Assembly: GCA_951406725.2 (NCBI GenBank)
Contig: OX597817.1
Location: 38,316,001 to 38,380,000, forward strand
DNA: 64,000 nucleotides
Reading direction: 5' to 3'
DNA from: Octopus vulgaris
Taxonomy: Eukaryota
Of the stretch, positions 51,389-64,000 are shown piece by piece. Each line of letters starts with the position of its first letter. The stretch's first letter is position 1. A program made the position numbers and the translations under genes. The notes beneath the pieces are model-generated. The model worked only from the letters and a program-made list of their open reading frames with translations, was not told where the DNA came from and did not search any database.

Positions 51389-54300
51389 AAAGCAACCACA
51401 AGGCGCCAACGCAGGACCTAGTCATTTAAAGAATTGTTATTTTTGATCAACTTTTACAGAAAATTGGAGGATAGGAGGGTATAACTTATAGACAGCTAAA
51501 TCCAAACGGAGTATATGACACATATTTGTGATCCTCAGTACAAATGTACTCCTTCATTTAGAAATGAAATTACAATGGTAAACAAATAATTTTTGTCTGA
51601 TTCACTATTTGGAGATGGATAACTTTTCATTCCAGCAGTAAGTGCGCAGAACCATCATTTATCAATGTAAATGTTTTGCAAAATCAGGCAAATATTAAAA
51701 ACTATTCAGCAATTTTTACGAAAACAAATTAGTAATTAAATTGTAAGAAGAAAATTAAATTTGTTGTTGCTATTGATTTAGTAAAATGTGTTTTATTCCA
51801 AGAATTTTCTCCTAATTTAAATGTTTTGTTTTGTTTTTTTCTAATTTGTTTTTCTCCTCAATTTCACTGTTTTATTTCTTTTAGTAAAGAAATAATACTG
51901 TAAATTGAATATTTCAACTTGAAAAAGATCTTGGAATCTTGGCAGCATAAAATGGTTTTGATGTTGCTGAGTTATTTGAGTGAAACGTAATAGTGATCAT
52001 CATCATTCCAAGTGTAGTACTGGTTCCAGAGTTAAATCAAAATAATTGATCAAGGAATAAACGACTGTATGTTTTCATAACACACAGCCGTTTATTCCTA
52101 GAAGTTTCATCTGAAGCCTTGTTTTGGTGCTTTACTATTTACCTTCAGAGTAAACTGTTCAGAAAAAATGTAAGAAAGAAAGAAAACTTACCATCATTTA
52201 GTTCTTAGAGTTCTGGCGTCCCTGGCAAACTATTTCAGCGTCCTTGCAAATATTTCTTTGGGGTTTTTTGGGGGTTTTTTTTCCTCAATTTTCACAAGTA
52301 GTAAAACCTGAAATATAAAAATAAAGTGTCTATTTTTATTTTTCCATATTGTTTCAAAGACCTCAAACATGATCTGGCACCCCCAAGTATATGTCGCCTG
52401 GACAGCTACTCGAGTTACCCGTTCCGTCAACCAACCTAGATTAGCCCTCAAAAATGTCCATCATAACCAATTTATCAGATATCGCTATGCACCACTTTAA
52501 GTCTGACGACTGGAACTGAACAATGGCTAACAGTCATGATATTTCTACTTTCCAAAATGGCTATACCACATACATCAATCGTATTGCATCTAACTTGTGC
52601 TGACAAAATATTTGTAAAATTAAGAAGCACTGTACTATGTACGTGCAAAGAAGATTGCAACAGAATATCGCCTTACATCTACGCTGATCCTTTTTTTCTT
52701 TTTTCATGGACAATTTTATAGACTTTGTTTGGTTGTTTTGAACTATTTCTTAAAGATGTGTATGTATGTACGGCCCTATTTTCTAATGCTATATCTCTCT
52801 TCTGCTTTTTGGACTAGAACTATCTTCTATTGCTGTAAATAGTTGCAAAAATTTGTTTTCAGGAGCAGAAGCGGACTTGTTTTCTTTGGCTGGAACCGTG
52901 ATGAAATCTTTGTAGATAACAAAAACTTTGTCTTCAATCTTATAATAGTTGAAATTTTCTAAAATCTGAGACAAAAATAAATGCTAGATATTTCATAAAG
53001 AAATTGTAACTATTTTCTATGGCTTCAAAATTGTGAGCCCTACCAGCTGTTCTCAAGGAAACCCGTTGAGTGCCTCCTTCTTTCGTTTACACACACACAC
53101 ACACACGGGCGGACGGACAAATGTAGGTGATTTAACAGAATTGTTAGCATGTTGGACAAAATGGTTAGTTGCATTTCTTCTGGTCCCACATGTTCTGACC
53201 TCAACTCCCGCCGTGATCAACTTAGCCTTTTATCCCTTCGGTTGATGTTCTTGACTTGCCCTCCCCTTAGAATTGCAAAGTTCAAAGCCACGCCATGAAA
53301 ACCGAGTAACCGACTTTATTAGTCCTAGGGCTCGAGAAAAATGTATGCTCACACACAATGATCATAAGCGTCTATCATAGTAACTAGGCAGAGAATCCCC
53401 TACAGCCAGCCTCAACTGGAAATAACCATTACTCCGACAATCTTGCAATTACCCCGACAATCTTGCAAAAGGCTCTGGTATTTGGCACGCTTCCATTCAA
53501 AGGCTTGATCGTACCCTTCTTCCCGCGGGACTGTTAGCTCGATCAAAATTACTAAGTTTGATGTTACTGCTGAGTCAAGCAGAACCCGGTGTAACTTTAG
53601 ACAATTATCATCGTTTCGAGCCTGAATGTACGAAAAATAAAGTGATAACCGCCGGTATTCGAATTCACAAGTATAGGGACAAGATCTCTGTTGTTGTTAC
53701 CACTTACTCATTTTCATGTGTTTAATAATATTTGCTTGCTTCATTATTACAAATGTATGATGTTTATGTTTCAAAGATTGGTCCGGAGGAAGGGACTGTT
53801 CTGATGACCTTACCTGGCCCTCCTACATAGATAAGATTGGTGCAGTTGATATCCATCATGAAGAGCTGCAAGTTAATGACTGCAGAAATGTGATATTTTT
53901 TCTATTCTTTTATTTGTATTTGTCATTGGATGAAGTGTTTAGTCGAACAAATCGATTCCAATACTTATTCCTTTTAAAGTCTGGTACGCGTTTTATTGTA
54001 TCTCTTTTGTCGAACTGCTTAGTTAGAGGAGTATAAACAAACGAGTACCGAGGGGCTTCCACACAACTTCCGTCAACCAAATTCAGCCCATTTAACATAA
54101 ACAGTTTGCTTTATAAAAAAAAGCAATAGAGTCGACGTATGGTTTTTATTTATTGCATAATTGATGCTTATTTTATCAACGCGGGTTCAGTACTGCTGCT
54201 GTTGCTGTTTTGGACCGCCCCTCCCAAAACCGCCTTCATCAACATGATCAAAATCATTCAGCCCATGGTCATTCCGTCTTATATTCATGAGCAATGGACA

Positions 54301-54582
54301 CCAGACGACATTATCCAATGTGTTTTTGTTTTCCTCTTCTTTTCTTAAATCAGTTTGGTGTGCATTGAAGGAGATTTAACTGGTATTTCTCACAGGCCGA
54401 ATGACCAGATAAGAACATCCTTCGTACACACAGAGAGTGTTTACTGTCAAAATGCAAATAAAAACCAGAAATTTAGGGCAAGGCACTTATAATTTAAACA
54501 GTAGGCTTAAGACTTCCCCGTCCGTACGATTTCGATTGGAAAGAAGAAAACACAATAAATAGGGCTCTTTTACTTCAGAAAA

Positions 54583-54623
<41 letters not shown>

Positions 54624-54927
54624 AATAGGAAATGGCTATAATGCCAGCAACTGGAAATAAAGAATATCATAACCTCAGAAAACGGGTGTTTACATCTACT
54701 ATAGCAATTACTCCCAATCGAAGCTGGAAGAGCAGAATACAGTCTAAGGCAACAGTTGTACTCATTTCCCTCCTGCCGCAAGTATTTTATGTATCTGGTT
54801 TAGACATTCCGAACCAATTACATCTTCGATACACACACACACACACACACACACACAATATGTATACATTTATACGTATATACATTCATATACTTACATT
54901 TACACACATATATGCATATGTGTGTGT

Positions 54928-54996
<69 letters not shown>

Positions 54997-55639
54997 TTCA
55001 TACAAACACACACACATATATATCTACATACATCATACATACATACATACATACATACATACATACATACATACAAGATTAAAATTGAAAATGAAATATA
55101 CGCGCTCATATACATAAACACGCATATCACACATACAAAAAACTATAAATATACTGCATGCGTATGTGTTTGCAATTATGAATGTGTGTGTGTCTGTGTG
55201 TGATAGAGAGAGAGAGAGAGAGAGAGAAAGAAAGAGGAGACAGAGAGAGATAGTAATACGCGCATCTATACATATATATAATACACATATGTAAATACCA
55301 ATATACATACATATATACATACATTACGTACGAAATTCTACTGTCGTACATATGCACACTCTTAACCACTCATACAAATGCACACAAATATGTGTAAGTA
55401 TGAGCGTGTGTGTGTGAGTGTGCGCGTGTGTGTGTCTTTATGGCGGTTGCTTGCATATAAAGAAGTCCCCGGGTTTTTTTATCTGTTATATGTTATGCGT
55501 TATGTGTGTTTGCTCTCATCTATGTACTGGTATGTATGTATGTATATATGTATGTAGGTATGCATGCATGTATGTATGTATGTATTTATGTATGTATGTA
55601 TGCATGCATGCGTGCATTTACTTATATATTTATGATTGC

Positions 55640-55674
<35 letters not shown>

Positions 55675-55876
55675 TGTATGTATGTATGAATGTATGTATG
55701 TATGTATGTATGTATGTATGTATGTATGTATGTATGTATGTATGTATGTATGTATGTGTGCATGTGTGTGTGAGTGTGTGTGAGAGCATGTGTATATATA
55801 TGTATGCATAAGTATGTACATGTGTATGAATATGTGCATCTGTGTTTGTGTGTGTGTGCGTGTGCGCGTGCGTTAT

Positions 55877-55938
<62 letters not shown>

Positions 55939-56090
55939 TGCATGTGTGTGTAGTTTTACAGCCAGCAGCTGATAAAACACGCCCTTCACAATCAGATAAG
56001 TAAGCTAATGGTGAAGGATGAGTCAACAGTTTGGAGAAGACCCAAATAATCTTTTCTCTTATTGTCGCTCATGTCATTACCTTCATTTCT

Positions 56091-56146
<56 letters not shown>

Positions 56147-56449
56147 TGTTATTGTTGTTGTTGTTGTTTTATTCTACCCTTCTCCCGTATTTGTGTCACA
56201 GTTCGGAAATTGCGACCGTTGCAGACATCAAGTAACACAAGTTCGTCTTCAATATTAACACAGGCATACGCACAGACACACGCACGCACGCACACACGCA
56301 CATACACACGCACGCACACACTCACGCACGCACACACACACGCACACACACACGCACGCACACACGCACGCACACACTCACGCACGTACACACACACACA
56401 CGCACGCACGCACGCACACACATACACACACACGCACACTCACGTGTAA

Positions 56450-56490
<41 letters not shown>

Positions 56491-56498
<8 letters not shown>

Positions 56499-56815
56499 AA
56501 AAGGGACAGGCAAAACAGGTTGCTTGACCGCATACCGAAAAAATAGAAATAGCAGTCAAGAATGCTTATTTCTATCAAAGTTGGACTCCGGGCATGACAG
56601 ACCCTGTAATTCACATATGCAAAACAGAAGGAATAGATAACGAATACGAAGTCTGGCGGTTATAATATCTATTCCTTCTGTTTTGCATATGTGAATTACA
56701 GGGTCTGTCATGCCCGGAGTCCAACTTTGATAGAAATAAGCATTCTTGACTGCTATTTCTATTTTTTCGGTATGCGGTCAAGCAACCTGTTTTGCCTGTC
56801 CCTTTTTCTTATATA
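56491..56815. repeat. Near-perfect long inverted repeat: ~149-bp arms, 26-bp spacer, abutting (TA)n
   Basis: 56491-56639 is the reverse complement of 56666-56815, with one visible 1-bp indel. Confidence 0.95.
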
Positions 56816-57021
56816 CAATATATATACTGAACTTTACAGAAGTTCCTGCCGGTAATCGGCTATATTTACATACCGAATTCTACCAGTAAATAATTGGGTT
56901 TTTTTAAAAGCCTTTATAGAAATTATTTACTCTTATTATTATATATATATATATATATTATTGTCGATGGCGATATTATTGCTGTTGATAATGTTATAGT
57001 TGCTGCTACTGAATAATGATA

Positions 57022-57069
<48 letters not shown>

Positions 57070-57258
57070 TTCTACCTGTTGTTGTTTAGCTTCAGGTCGG
57101 CACTGATTGAAAAGATTTATAATCCAAAGCGTTCCAGAATTATAATATGTAAGCATATTATTCTGAGATAACTTCCATTTATGAGACGTCAGTATATATA
57201 ATATGAAGGAACTTTCGCTACAATTCCTAGCAGAGTAGCATCCGTGCTGTTGTTGCCG

Positions 57259-57347
<89 letters not shown>

Positions 57348-58340
57348 GCTGCTGCTGCTGCTGCTTTTGTTGTTATTGCACTTGTTGCTTCCGGTGTTAT
57401 CGCGTTTGGTGATATTAATTTTTTGCTTCTGCTGGCATTGTTATGGTATATTTCTTTTTTGGTTGCTTTTGCTGTTGCAGTTGTTGTTGTGGTAATTCCA
57501 ATTCAAGTACCACCGAGCAGTCTTATAGCAAGCAGGTCATCGCGCGCATGACATAGCCCGACCCACTGATCCATTTTAGTTATACTGTATCCACTGTAAC
57601 GCTGAAGACCATACTGCCCACACCGAATCGTAGCGATGACTTGTATGGAGTGCAGTGTGACAGTCTGGATATATCACTCCCTCCACAGTCCAATCTAATC
57701 CTGTACACGCTGTAAATTCTGATGGTGTGTCGATCATCCATTTGTGCGGGTTGTCTGAATCGTTGGATGGATTAATAGATGGATGGATTAATGGATGGAT
57801 GGATGGATGGATGGTAGTGTATTTAATTTGCTCACTGAACTACGCCGCGAATTCCCCCTTGTTTTTTTTAAAAAAAAAACCCTAAATCATAAAATAATCA
57901 GCCCTATTTTTCAAATACTGACAGCAACGCTGTATCTGGAAGCACGATAATTTAATTCTACACTTTATCATATTCAAAAATATAAACACGTTTTTAAGCA
58001 TAACACACGCGGAGTCAAAAAGAAACACTACCTTTCACTAGCACACCAGGTTCGGCACTGCGTGAAGGGCAGTGCTCTCTCTCCATAGCGTGCGGCTTCC
58101 TATCTCGGACATGTGAGCATGTGCACAACAGCCAAACACCGCGTCGCTGGAACTGTGAAGCGCACAGTTCTATCCAAGGATTTTCATACTTTTTTTAATA
58201 AACTAGAGGATGGCTACTGACATTATATAATGTACAAGTATAAAGAAGGAATTAAAGAAACAAGGACTCGTTATATTGAATGTTATCGATAATATCGAAT
58301 GGAAATAGTGGGTGCTGCAGTGCCTATACACGAACCGCAA

Positions 58341-58387
<47 letters not shown>

Positions 58388-58531
58388 GAGAGGGGGGACA
58401 GGCAAGCACCGATACAGTAAGTGCCTGACTTAAAATAAAATATTAGTACTGGGTTTGATTTGTTCGACAAATCCCTTCAAGGTGATGCCCCAGTATGGTC
58501 TTTGACCAGTGACTGAAGCAAGTAAAAGATA

Positions 58532-58624
<93 letters not shown>

Positions 58625-58625
58625 T

Positions 58626-58662
<37 letters not shown>

Positions 58663-59093
58663 CAGATTGGCAGACTCTCAGAAAGAAACTAGTAGTAATT
58701 AATTAATTTATTTATTTACAAAACTGCGCATTTTCTTTTGACTTAAAAGAAGCAGGGAAAACTGACAATTTTCGTTGATTAGAGAAAATTCATTTCACTC
58801 GCTGCACGAGGCGACGTCTGAATGTGAATGTGAATGTGTGTGTGTGTGTGTGCGTGTGTGTGTGTATGTATGTATGTATGTAGGTAGGTAGGTAGGTATG
58901 TAGGTAGATATGTAGGTAGGTAGGTAGGTAGGTAGGTATGCATGCATATATGTGTGTATGTATTTATGTATGTATGTATGTAGGTAGGTAGGTAGGTAGG
59001 TAGGTAGGTATGCATGTATGTATGCCTGTATAAATGTGTAGTTGTAGTAGTAGTAGTAGTAGTTGTAGTTGTAGTAGTAGTAGTAGTAGTAGT

Positions 59094-59147
<54 letters not shown>

Positions 59148-59615
59148 GGTGGTGGTGGTGGTTATGATAGTAGTAGCTTCCATCGTCGATGATGATGATG
59201 ATGATGATGATGATTGTAGTGGTAGTGGTGGTGGTCGCTGTCCTCGTGGTCGTGGTGGCGAAAATGACTATGAGACCGACAGAATAAGTAGTAAAGAAAC
59301 CGATAGAATAAGTAGTAGGCTTACAAAGAATAAGTCCTGGAGACGATTTGTTCGACTAAAAGCGGTGTTCCAGCATGGCCGCTGCAATATTTTTAGCCCC
59401 AAATGACTTAATGTTTATATCTAGCACTATGTCTTTCTCCATTTCTAAGTTAAGGACAAAAATAAAGCAACCTTATAAAACACAACTGGTCTTTACGCAC
59501 ATACGCACAGAATAACAGCAAACAAATAACGTCAGTGGAGTGCACAACAAACAACAGCGATCTGATTGTCGCCTGTACTCTTGACAAGAGATGCCAGTTA
59601 GTCTTTTACACCTAC

Positions 59616-60055
59616 CAGGCTCGTTCGTATTAGCCCGAGTTGCTGGATATTTTTTCGTTCCTTTAAGAATATTGTAGAACGAAAACTTTTCATAGCTAGG
59701 AATTTAAATCCTAATCTTTATAGAAATTTATTGTTTCAAGAAAACATTGAGTGTGAATTACTTTTAATTTTTACGATTAAAGATAACAACTCGGGCTGTA
59801 ACTTCTGAACCCGAGTCAGGCGTGTGTGAACGATGTCGAGAGAACGTCGACGAATGATATTTTTTGACACAGGGCACCTCTAAGACGACCGCCAGACGCT
59901 GAACGAAAATAAATTAACTGCAACCAAGCTCAAAAGGAGCCCGAGTAATTGGTTACCATTACATACTTAAAGTCAGTGTTGGCAGAAATAAAATCAGCTT
60001 GCAAATACACGTTCACTTTAGTAAATTTATTCTCGGGCTAATCCCGAACAGCCCG
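59616..60055. mobile_element. Old hAT-like non-autonomous element
   Basis: Imperfect TIR caggctcgttcgtattagcccgag / ctcgggctaatcccgaacagcccg, with internal cccgagt motifs. No TSD visible. Confidence 0.5.
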
Positions 60056-60843
60056 AGTGCCGAAGTCACTACTGATATATATACATACATACAAAGTCAA
60101 TAAAAGAAAACGAAGAAAAATTAAAATGATGCGTGGTTTGTTTTATTTGTATTACAATTGGAAAAGTGATGCAAATTAAAATACGAAAAAATATACCTAT
60201 ATGAGTATAAAATGAACCGCCTCAACCAACAAAATAATCCCAAAATATCAAAAAAAAGTTATAAAACAATATTTAAGAATCAACAATAATTATAACCTTA
60301 AAAGATGCAATAATCTGTATAGTGTTAGATCTCTTCTGGAAAAATAAGTGTATTTTATTATTGAGTTACGAAATAACTTATTTGACTTATTTGAGGACAA
60401 CGTATAGATATTTTCAAATGTAAACCAACTTACATTAAAAGACGCATAATTCATGAGCTTAGAAATTTATCGTTTAAAATTTACCTAATATTGAACGTTA
60501 AAATGTTACTTAAAAGTCAAATCAATTTGAAAAGAAATTCACACTTACCTATCACACATACTATATATTTATATTCATATTTACACCTATGAAGGTTAAC
60601 GCGATGGAGGTGGCAAAAGAACAGCCGTAACCCTTCGTGAGCGGTGCAATATACGAAAAAAAACTACACTAGGAAAAAGTAAATAAATAACGATTTGATG
60701 AACAACATTGGCGCTATTTAGGAATTAAATCATTCTGGCCACAATCTCCAACGATTCTAAGAAAAAACATTTTGCATTTAACACACAAAGTGCACAATCA
60801 CGAACTAATATTAATACTAGGGATAGTCAAAAATGGTCTTATA

Positions 60844-61175
60844 GGACAAATCCCCTAGGTCAAAATTTGACCTGCTAGTAATCTCCATGCATTTCGTATC
60901 TATGCGTGTGTGTAACCATGTCAAAAACTTCACACCCACACATTGAAAAACATTAAAATCACCAACATTCCCAAATTCGGGACCACAACATAAACTGCTT
61001 CCAATGCCAGGAAAGCCAAAAACAGCGTAAAGGGACAAATTCTCCAGGTCAAAACTTGAGCCGCTAGTGATCTTTTATTTCATATCCATGTGTGCGTGTA
61101 ACCATGTCAAAAGCTTCACACCCACACATTAAAACATACTAAAAGTACCAAGTCACAAATTCGGGACTACAACAC
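60844..61175. repeat. Diverged tandem duplication, ~189-bp period
   Basis: ggacaaat...aggtcaaaa.ttga...gtaaccatgtcaaaa.cttcacacccacacatt...caaattcgggac.acaaca occurs twice. Confidence 0.8.
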
Positions 61176-62047
61176 CAAATAAAAATGAATATAAATATAA
61201 AAATATAAAAAACATATAAAAAATAGAAATTAAAAAATAAAAACAAACTATAAAGCTTCAAAAAGACTAGCACGTATATATATATATATATATATTAATC
61301 GTATGTATGTAAGTGTATGTTTGCTTGTGTCTTTCTGCCGGATCGTCACAATCACCTGTTTGACAGTCAGTATTGGCTTATGGTCCCGTAACTTAACAGT
61401 TCAACAAGATGTAGAACGATAGAATAAGTGCCAGACTTTAAAAAAATATGATTAAAACCCTTCAAGACGGTGCCCCAGCATGGTCGAGTATACAACGACT
61501 GAAACAAGTAAAAGATTCGTTTGGATAAAGTGCTAACATGTTATTTAGGAGTCCTTTCGTCAAGCTACAGGCTTAAAACTTGGACTCTGCATTCACTGTT
61601 TAAGTGGATTGCATCCTAGCTTAGAGGACATTCGAAGATTGAATATTACGTTGACTGGTTAGTTTAATGTGAATTTTATCATTTATCATTGCGTGATTAA
61701 GTTTTATTGTGGTAAGAAGCTACGTTTAGAATAAAATTCATACGACAGTTTTCTGTCAACTATTAGGTGACACTAACAACATAAGCTTCTCATATGATTG
61801 TTGTCTGTTTTTGTCTCTTTAATGTGAGTTTTTGAAAGCAATGATATTCTAACCATGACAAATCTATCTTTTCAGGGTAGTCATATAAGATAACGGTGAT
61901 CCTTGAGTTTACGACATAATTTCATATTCGTGATATTCCCGTGTTATTTCGTCATTTTTTTTCTTTCATTTTTTAGGGCCTCTATCGGTCAGGGCTGACC
62001 GTTTATCGTTATTTGTATGTACAGGTCCGGTTACGATTTTTAACTTC

Positions 62048-62116
<69 letters not shown>

Positions 62117-63799
62117 GTGTCGAGGACTGGTGGTTGATCATGCATTCAAGTTACCTCCGCCTACGCCACCAATATTGTCCAAAGAGAAAATCCGCTGCTT
62201 TAGGGCTGATACAATTTAGTAATAGTGTCATAGAAAGCTTTGTTGCTAGGAAGTAGAGAACCGGTACAGTTACCTCTTCTCCAACTGACCTTCCAGCTTC
62301 ATCGCCCTAAATTAGTACCTGGTTTGTTTGTTTTTTTCATCGAACTCCGAACTCGAAAGGATGAACGGCATAACTGCTGGTTAACAAAAGTCAATGGGAT
62401 TTCCTAAATTCAAGGATGGCCAAGACTTTATTATTTAATGTGTTCTTAACTTTTAAAGATGCTTGAGTTTAACATGGAAGATACTTGGTTGTCGTATTTA
62501 TCATGACCTTGTAAGTGGGGCCCAGTTAGAATTTTCTTCAGGTCGAGTAGCCCATCACGGTCAAAAGGTCTCTGAATAAGTGTTGTTTAAGAATTATAAA
62601 CGCAACGCCCATGTTGCCAGAGGTGAATTATTAAAACCCCAAATGTTGTTGTTAGTGTTGTTTGTTGTCGTTGTTGTTGTTGTTATTGTTTCTGTTGTTG
62701 TTGTCGTCGTCGTTGTCATTGTTGTTGCTGCTGCTGCTGTTATTCTTGTTATGATGATTATGATGATAACGACGCCGACATCGACGATGATGATTATAAT
62801 AAAGCTACCAATCATATCTATTGTTATATTACCTTTTTGTCCTATTTCTTCATAGTATTGTTTACTATAAAGTGTTAAAATGATTCATCGTACAATCTAC
62901 ACTCTGGTCACTACGAAAATACTTCAACGCCAAGAATATGTGTATAAAACCAGGCGATAGTTAATCGACGAAATGTTTTGACACTTCATCGTATACAATA
63001 CAATCAAAGAAAAAAAAACAAAACTAAAAATAACAGTAAGAACGTGAATTATAAATTACTGTCGTAACTCTTCTATAGTTGTGTTTCATTTTCAACACAC
63101 GACCTCAAATCAATTTACTTTCCAAGCAAGCTCAACTCTCACTAGCACCAAATGTCCTCACATTATTATAACAAAACCGTGAGAAAACAATATTAAGAGT
63201 CGATAGTATACTAAATAGTTGGGAAATATGTTAGGTGAAACAAATAATGTATTGTTAGGAGAAAGTAATAATGTCCATTAATGAGTTGAGTTTTTGAGGC
63301 CCCATTCAAGATTTCCATGTTTATGTTGCGTAACAGTGGGAGTCCTCATGACATATGACATCTCTCTACTAAATTATTCGTCATAAGTTCTAGGTATGAT
63401 TCCTAATATTTTACAAAGGAGGAAATAGGAAGTCATCTCTCAGGGATATCAGTGACGAATTTAAAAATTAAACGTATTTGTCTGACAGCCAAAAATAGGC
63501 TACGGGCTTGAATAGCCATGAAGTTCGCCTCCACAGTATGAGACTCGCTAATAAGGATGGAAACATCTGTGATTAAGAATTTATTTCATTATGGAAAACA
63601 TAAATGTCTTAAAATTTTTGATAGGCCTCTCTTCTTGTGCTATCCATTTTAGTAACCAAAAGGAAATTTGGGTGATTGATGAATAAAGCAAATTATCACT
63701 AACTATATATTAGACATCGTGTAATGAGTTAAAATGTAGTCTGTCTTTAACATTAAATTGTCTGGCAGTCCTTTACAAGATCAAACCGACTCCTCTCAA

Positions 63800-63925
63800 T
63801 TGCTGCTGGTACTCATTTACAGCTGAGAGAACTGGAGCAAGGACACAACGCGTCACCCAGTCGAAGATTTGAACCCACAACCGCAAGCCCAACACCCTAA
63901 TCACTAGACTACGTGCCTTCCACAT
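63800..63925 (-). mobile_element. Degenerate tRNA-derived SINE head
   Basis: Minus strand gtggaaggcacgtagtctagtgattagggtg...gggttcaaatct resembles the heads at 13733 and 21662. Confidence 0.5.
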
Positions 63926-64000
63926 CGTGTTGGAGAACTGTGAGAGGAGAGAGAGAGTGAAAGAGAGAGAGGTGGAGGGAGAAGTCTGTTTAAGTAATTT

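Overview
AT-rich, repeat-saturated eukaryotic (metazoan) DNA. I recognise no intact host protein-coding gene, and almost all ORF-track entries are microsatellite translations. The very dense (TA)n/(CA)n/(GATA)n/(TACA)n tracts and the tRNA-headed SINE families suggest a coleoid cephalopod (octopus-like) genome; this is inference. Recognisable content: truncated LINEs (Tx1/L1, CR1, RTE, R4/Dong-like), a decayed Penelope-like RT, a mariner DD34D remnant, MULE/hAT-like foldback elements, Helitron ends and many SINEs. The main result is a set of about 8 hammerhead-ribozyme (HHR) motifs, found by manual folding, in short non-coding elements inserted in microsatellites, mostly (TA)n. The best case is an apparently identical 360-bp tandem repeat (9955-10615). 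Each unit carries an extended type I HHR on the minus strand, so it is a candidate retrozyme predicted to release a 360-nt monomer that could circularise. A diverged relative at about 40290-40430 keeps a co-varying structural module. Other elements carry U3:A8 compensatory-core, canonical minimal, and very-long-stem-II HHR variants. All structure calls were made by eye and none has been tested for activity.
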